This document shows positions 59,757-64,000 of a stretch of DNA of 64,000 bases, piece after piece. Origin of the DNA: a bacterium. Its GTDB lineage: Bacteria; UBA8248; JACPRG01; G963555815. Numbering within the stretch: position 1 is the first letter of the stretch; every line of letters starts with the position of its first letter. Made by a program: the position numbers and the translations under genes. Below the pieces are notes generated by a model. The model ran no database searches and had not been told where the DNA came from. It saw only the letters and a program-made list of their open reading frames with translations. Location: contig CBDHDG010000005.1 of assembly GCA_965261595.1 (NCBI GenBank), positions 256,001-320,000 on the forward strand. Reading direction: 5' to 3'.

Positions 59757-60575
59757 TTATCCCTTTTTTTGGGTGACTTGATCTTGGGTCCGGCCGAAGC
59801 GCCGCTCCCGGTTCTGGAACTCGAGGATCGCCCGGTAGAGCTCGGGCTTGCGGAAATCCGGCCACAGGACGTCGGTGAAGTAAAGCTCCGTGTAGGCCAG
59901 CTGCCACAGGAGAAAGTTGCTGATCCGGATCTCTCCGCTCGTGCGGATGAGCAGATCCGGGTCGGGCAGGTCGGCCGTGTACAGGTATTGGTCGAAGAGC
60001 CGCGGGATGTCCTCGGGTTTCATTTCGTCCCGTCTCACCGCCTCGGCCATCGCCTGGGCCGCCCGGATGATCTCCTGCCGGGACCCGTAACTCAGGGCCA
60101 GGGTGAGCACCATGCCGTCGTTCTCGGCCGTCCGGCTTTCGGATTCCTCGATGATCCGCTGAGCGCCCTTGGGGAGGTTTTCCACCGCGCCGATGGTCTT
60201 GAAACGGATGTTCTCGCGCATCATCCGGTCGATCTCTTTCCGGAGGAACTCCCGCAGGATCTCCCACAGGGCCCGGATTTCCAGGGAGGGGCGGCTCCAG
60301 TTTTCTTCGGAGAAGGCGTACAGCGTGAGCGCGCCGACGCCGATTTCCCGGCAGGTGGTGACGATCTCATCGACAGATCGGACGCCTTCGCGGTGTCCGG
60401 CGATTCTCGGCAGGCGGCGGCCCCGGGCCCAGCGGCCGTTGCCGTCCATGATGACGGCGATGTGGCGGGGAAGTTTCCGGAGGTCGATCTGTGCCGGAAG
60501 GTCATCGGCGGACACGGGTGGAATTCCTTCGGATGCGGTGGAAGAGAAGACGGATCGGGCGCCCCGGGCGGTCAC
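59757..60575 (-). CDS. uppS: Undecaprenyl diphosphate synthase
   Basis: HIAVIMDGNGRWA, YAFSEENW, IRTSGE.RISNFLLWQ. Confidence 0.97.
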   Translation of the reverse strand: MTARGARSVFSSTASEGIPPVSADDLPAQIDLRKLPRHIAVIMDGNGRWARGRRLPRIAGHREGVRSVDEIVTTCREIGVGALTLYAFSEENWSRPSLEIRALWEILREFLRKEIDRMMRENIRFKTIGAVENLPKGAQRIIEESESRTAENDGMVLTLALSYGSRQEIIRAAQAMAEAVRRDEMKPEDIPRLFDQYLYTADLPDPDLLIRTSGEIRISNFLLWQLAYTELYFTDVLWPDFRKPELYRAILEFQNRERRFGRTQDQVTQKKG

Positions 60576-61129
60576 TCCTCCATGACTTCTTTCTCTTTTT
60601 TCGCCGTGACCTCGTCCACTTTCCGGATGAACTCGTCCGTCAGCTTCTGGATCCGCTCCTGGGCGCGGCGGTTATCGTCTTCGCTGATCTCTTTGTCTTT
60701 TTCCATCTGCTTGAGCAGGTCGTTGCCGTCGCGCCGGACGTTCCGGACGGAGACCCGCCGGTCCTCGGCTTTTTTCTTGACGACCTTGACCAGGTCCCGC
60801 CTGCGCTCTTCGGTCAGGGGCGGGACGGGGATCCGGAGGATCTTTCCGTCGCTGACGGGGTTCAGGCCGAGGTTGGAGCGCTGGATGGCTTTCTCCACTT
60901 CGGGGACCACCGACTTGTCCCAAGGCTGGATGACGATGAGGCGGCTCTCGGGGACCGAAATGGTGGCCAACTGCTTCAACTGCGTCTGGACGCCGAAGTA
61001 GTCCACCAGGATTCCGTCGACCAGGGCGGTGGTGGCCCTTCCCGTCCGCACGCCGGCGAACTCCTTGACCAGCGAATCCAGGGTCGATTGCATGCCGTCT
61101 TTCACTTCCTGGTGGATTTCTTCGATCAT
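60572..61129 (-). CDS. frr: Ribosome recycling factor
   Basis: [30 protein letters not shown]; start MIEEIH at 61129. Confidence 0.97.
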   Translation of the reverse strand: MIEEIHQEVKDGMQSTLDSLVKEFAGVRTGRATTALVDGILVDYFGVQTQLKQLATISVPESRLIVIQPWDKSVVPEVEKAIQRSNLGLNPVSDGKILRIPVPPLTEERRRDLVKVVKKKAEDRRVSVRNVRRDGNDLLKQMEKDKEISEDDNRRAQERIQKLTDEFIRKVDEVTAKKEKEVMEE

Positions 61130-61887
61130 TCGTCCAGGTCCTTCACCATGGATCCGATCCCCTCGCCCAGAACCAGCCGCTTGAGGTTCCCCCGTTTTCG
61201 CAGGTCGAAGACGGCGATCGGGAGATGGTTCTCCATGCACAGCGAAACGGCGGTGGCGTCCATCACCCGGAGCCCACGCTGCAAAACCTCCTTGTAGCTG
61301 AGCAGCGTCAGCTTTTTCGCATCCGGGGTGGTTTCCGGGTCGCCGGTGTAGATGCCGTCCACCTTGGTGGCCTTGATGATGACGTCCGCGCCGATCTCCA
61401 CCGCCCGGAGGGCGGCCGTTGTGTCGGTCGTGAAATAAGGGTTGCCCGTCCCCCCGACGAAGATCAGGATCCGGCCCTTCTCCAGGTGGCGCAGGGCCCG
61501 GCGCCGGATGTAGGGTTCGGTGAACTGATGAACCGAAATGGCCGACATGACCCGGGTGACGAGGCCCGAGGACTCCAGCGCGTCCTGGAGCGCCAGTCCG
61601 TTCATGATCGTGGCCAGCATCCCGATTTGGTCCGCGGTGACGCGGTCCATGCCCTTTTCCGCCCCCGCGACGCCGCGAAAGAGGTTCCCGCCTCCGATGA
61701 CGATGGCGACCTCGATCTCCAGGCGCTGGATCTCCTTGAGCTGCTCGGCGATGTCCTGGAGAACGGTGGATTCGATGCCCAACGGGCGTTTGCCCATCAG
61801 GGCCTCCCCGCTGAGCTTCAGCAGGATCCGATGGTAGGCGGACGCTGTCGACCGGATCGGCTTGACGGGTTCAACCGGCCGACTCAC
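61126..61887 (-). CDS. pyrH: Uridylate kinase
   Basis: [31 protein letters not shown]. Confidence 0.97.
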   Translation of the reverse strand: MSRPVEPVKPIRSTASAYHRILLKLSGEALMGKRPLGIESTVLQDIAEQLKEIQRLEIEVAIVIGGGNLFRGVAGAEKGMDRVTADQIGMLATIMNGLALQDALESSGLVTRVMSAISVHQFTEPYIRRRALRHLEKGRILIFVGGTGNPYFTTDTTAALRAVEIGADVIIKATKVDGIYTGDPETTPDAKKLTLLSYKEVLQRGLRVMDATAVSLCMENHLPIAVFDLRKRGNLKRLVLGEGIGSMVKDLDE

Positions 61888-61944
61888 ATTCGTTCTCCGT
61901 GTTCGGGCATCCAGAAAAGAAACCCTGCGGCCGGGGGGGGTGGA

Positions 61945-62604
61945 TTAGGCGTTGGCAATCTGCTGTTGAACTTCTTCGGCGAGGTTCTTTTCTTCGTGCT
62001 CCAGGCCCTCTCCCACCTGAAAGCGGGAAAACCGGCGGATGGAGATGTTCTCGCCCAACTCGACGATCTTTTCCTTCAACAAGGTTTGGATGTCCTTGTC
62101 CGGGTCCTTGATGAAGGCCTGTTCCAGCATCACCACCTCGCGGTAGAACTTGTCGATTTTTCCATCGACGATCTTGTTAAGGATGTTTTCGGGCTTCCCG
62201 GTTTCCCGGGCTTGTCCGGCGTAGACCTCCCGCTCCCGCGCGATGACCTCGGGCGGCAGGTCCTCCCGCCGGACGCAAAGGGGGCTGGCGGCGGCCACCT
62301 GCATGGCCACGTCTTTGACGAATTCCTGGAACTGCGGGGTCAGGGCCACGAAGTCCGTTTCGCAATTGACCTCGAGCAGGACGCCGATCTTTCCGCCCGC
62401 GTGTATGTAGGCGTAGACCAGCCCCTCGGTGGCGGTCCTTCCGGCCTTGTTGGCCGCGTCGGCGAGCCCTTTCTGCCGGAGGTGGTCCAGGGCCTTTTCC
62501 AGATCGCCTTCCATTTCAACCAGGGCGTTCTTGCAATCCATCATGCCCGCGCCCGATTTCTCCCGGAGGGTTTTCACCAGCGAGGCGGGGATGTCCATGC
62601 TCAT
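61945..62604 (-). CDS. tsf: Elongation factor Ts (short form)
   Basis: LREKSGAGMMDCK, EVNCETDFVA, GENISIRRF. Confidence 0.97.
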   Translation of the reverse strand: MSMDIPASLVKTLREKSGAGMMDCKNALVEMEGDLEKALDHLRQKGLADAANKAGRTATEGLVYAYIHAGGKIGVLLEVNCETDFVALTPQFQEFVKDVAMQVAAASPLCVRREDLPPEVIAREREVYAGQARETGKPENILNKIVDGKIDKFYREVVMLEQAFIKDPDKDIQTLLKEKIVELGENISIRRFSRFQVGEGLEHEEKNLAEEVQQQIANA

Positions 62605-62679
62605 TCTTCCTCTTGGTTTTTCGATTCCGAAATTCCGCTCCGCGCGTGTCCGGACGGCTCAGCCGGGCCGGCCGGGGCG

Positions 62680-63588
62680 CTATGCCTTCGGCGGCTCCGC
62701 CGGCGGAGTGGGGTTTGCCGGGGCGGGGTCGGGCTTCACGGCCTCCGCGGGGGCGGGGGCCGTGGTTTTTTCAGGAGCAGCCGTTGCCGGCGCGGCCGCC
62801 TTGGTCTCGGCCGCCGCTTTTGCTTTGTCCGCTTTGTCGCGGCTTTCCTGCTCGGCCTTGAAAGCCTCGGCGAGCTCCTCCTCGTCCTTTTTCCTGGCCT
62901 TCCCCTTGATGATCGCGTCGGCCACCACGGAGGAAAACAGACGGATCGCCCGGATGGCGTCGTCGTTGCCCGGCAGGATGGTGTCCACCCCGTCCGGGTT
63001 GCAGTTGGTGTCTACGACGGCGATGATGTGGACGCCCATCTTCCGGGCTTCCCGGATGGCGATGGATTCTTTGTTGGGGTCCACGACGAAAAGGGCCCGG
63101 GGGATCTTGTCCATGTCCCGGATGCCCTGAAAGTATTTTTCCAGGCGCGTGCGCTCCCGGCTGAGCTGCAGGACTTCCTTCTTGGTTTTGCCCTGGGTGA
63201 GCTGGGCGCCGGGTCCTTCGCCGTTGTCCATCTGCTGGAGCTCTTTCAGGCGGTTCACACGGAGCTTGATGGTCGTGAAATTCGTCAACGTTCCGCCGAG
63301 CCACCGCTTTGTCACGTAGGGCATCTCGCAGCGTTGGGCCTCTTCCTCGATTGCGGTTTGGGCCTGGCGCTTCGTTCCCACAAACAGGACCTTTCCCGGG
63401 CCGGCCCCCAGCTCCTGCAGGAACTCATCGGCTTCGCTGATTTTTTCCAGGGTTTTCAGCAGGTCGATGATGTAGATGCCGTTGCGGGAGCCGAAGATGT
63501 ACGGCTTCATCTTCGGATTCCACCGTTTGGTCTGGTGGCCGAAGTGGGATCCCGCCTCCAGTAGACTTTTCAGGCTCACTTCCGCCAA
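62680..63588 (-). CDS. rpsB: 30S ribosomal protein S2 with Ala/Pro-rich tail
   Basis: LLEAGSHFGHQ..WNPKM, RWLGGTLTNF, DTNC, PGNDDAIRA; TTG start. Confidence 0.98.
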   Translation of the reverse strand: MAEVSLKSLLEAGSHFGHQTKRWNPKMKPYIFGSRNGIYIIDLLKTLEKISEADEFLQELGAGPGKVLFVGTKRQAQTAIEEEAQRCEMPYVTKRWLGGTLTNFTTIKLRVNRLKELQQMDNGEGPGAQLTQGKTKKEVLQLSRERTRLEKYFQGIRDMDKIPRALFVVDPNKESIAIREARKMGVHIIAVVDTNCNPDGVDTILPGNDDAIRAIRLFSSVVADAIIKGKARKKDEEELAEAFKAEQESRDKADKAKAAAETKAAAPATAAPEKTTAPAPAEAVKPDPAPANPTPPAEPPKA

Positions 63589-63673
63589 ATTTCGGTCACC
63601 TCCGTTGAATCAAGAATCGAAAATCAGACCTCAACCCCCACCCGCTTTCGCGACTTGTCCGGCTATTCTCTGC

Positions 63674-63703
63674 ATTATAGGCGCGGCGGATGCCTTTGGG
63701 CAA
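63674..63703 (-). promoter_or_regulatory. Sigma70-type promoter of the rpsB-tsf operon
   Basis: TTGCCC-N18-TATAAT on the minus strand. Confidence 0.55.
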
Positions 63704-63760
63704 CCCAAAATTGAGCGGGCGGTCCGCACAAGCCGGGCGATCCTCCCCGCGGGCCGTGTC

Positions 63761-64000
63761 TCAAGTGTGATACTCCGCGTTGATTCGGACGTATTCATAG
63801 CTGAGATCGGAGGTCCAGACCGTTGCGGTCCCGTCCGCCACCCCCAGGTCGATCTCGATCTCCACCTCCGGACCGTCCAGCGGTTTCGCCCCTTCGGGGT
63901 GGGCCCTTCCGCCGCCGAACGTCTCCGCCCCGTTGAGCTTGACCCGGAGCGTTTCGGGACGCACCTCCACGCCGCTGGCCCCCGCCGCCGAGACGATCCG
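63761..64000 (-). CDS. argJ: Ornithine acetyltransferase, 3' end (truncated by window edge)
   Basis: C-terminal WTSDLSYEYVRINAEYHT signature. Confidence 0.9.
   Translation of the reverse strand, partial: RIVSAAGASGVEVRPETLRVKLNGAETFGGGRAHPEGAKPLDGPEVEIEIDLGVADGTATVWTSDLSYEYVRINAEYHT

Overview
High-GC bacterial window. The PxxKW protein, small CxxC zinc-ribbon protein and short EF-Ts suggest a Nitrospinota/Tectomicrobia/Deltaproteobacteria-like lineage (inference only). Housekeeping blocks: argJ 3' end, rpsB-tsf-pyrH-frr-uppS-cdsA-dxr-pgpA-cinA-thpR, trpG/trpD/trpC, ddl, mgtE, uvrA, dacA, yhaM. Several genes carry single-base frameshifts that look like long-read errors. The accessory signal is in four places. 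(1) A degenerate IS110-family recombinase element (34737-37321), split by a nested IS3-family element. Its non-coding left end reads as a complete bridge RNA: its target guides match the reconstructed insertion site, which is a copy of this genome's GTAG REP palindrome, and its donor guides match its own joined ends. (2) A tandemly duplicated cassette (20417-26099) with palindromic upstream sites, an IHF site, a sigma54-like promoter and a conserved switchable 5'UTR. It encodes paralogous low-complexity proteins with an FlgM-like D-x-V-x-L-S motif, one interrupted by an in-frame TAG. (3) Two candidate structured non-coding RNAs (26525-26720, 33118-33270). (4) Several REP/MITE-like repeat families, including a 35-bp repeat embedded in two coding sequences in opposite orientations.
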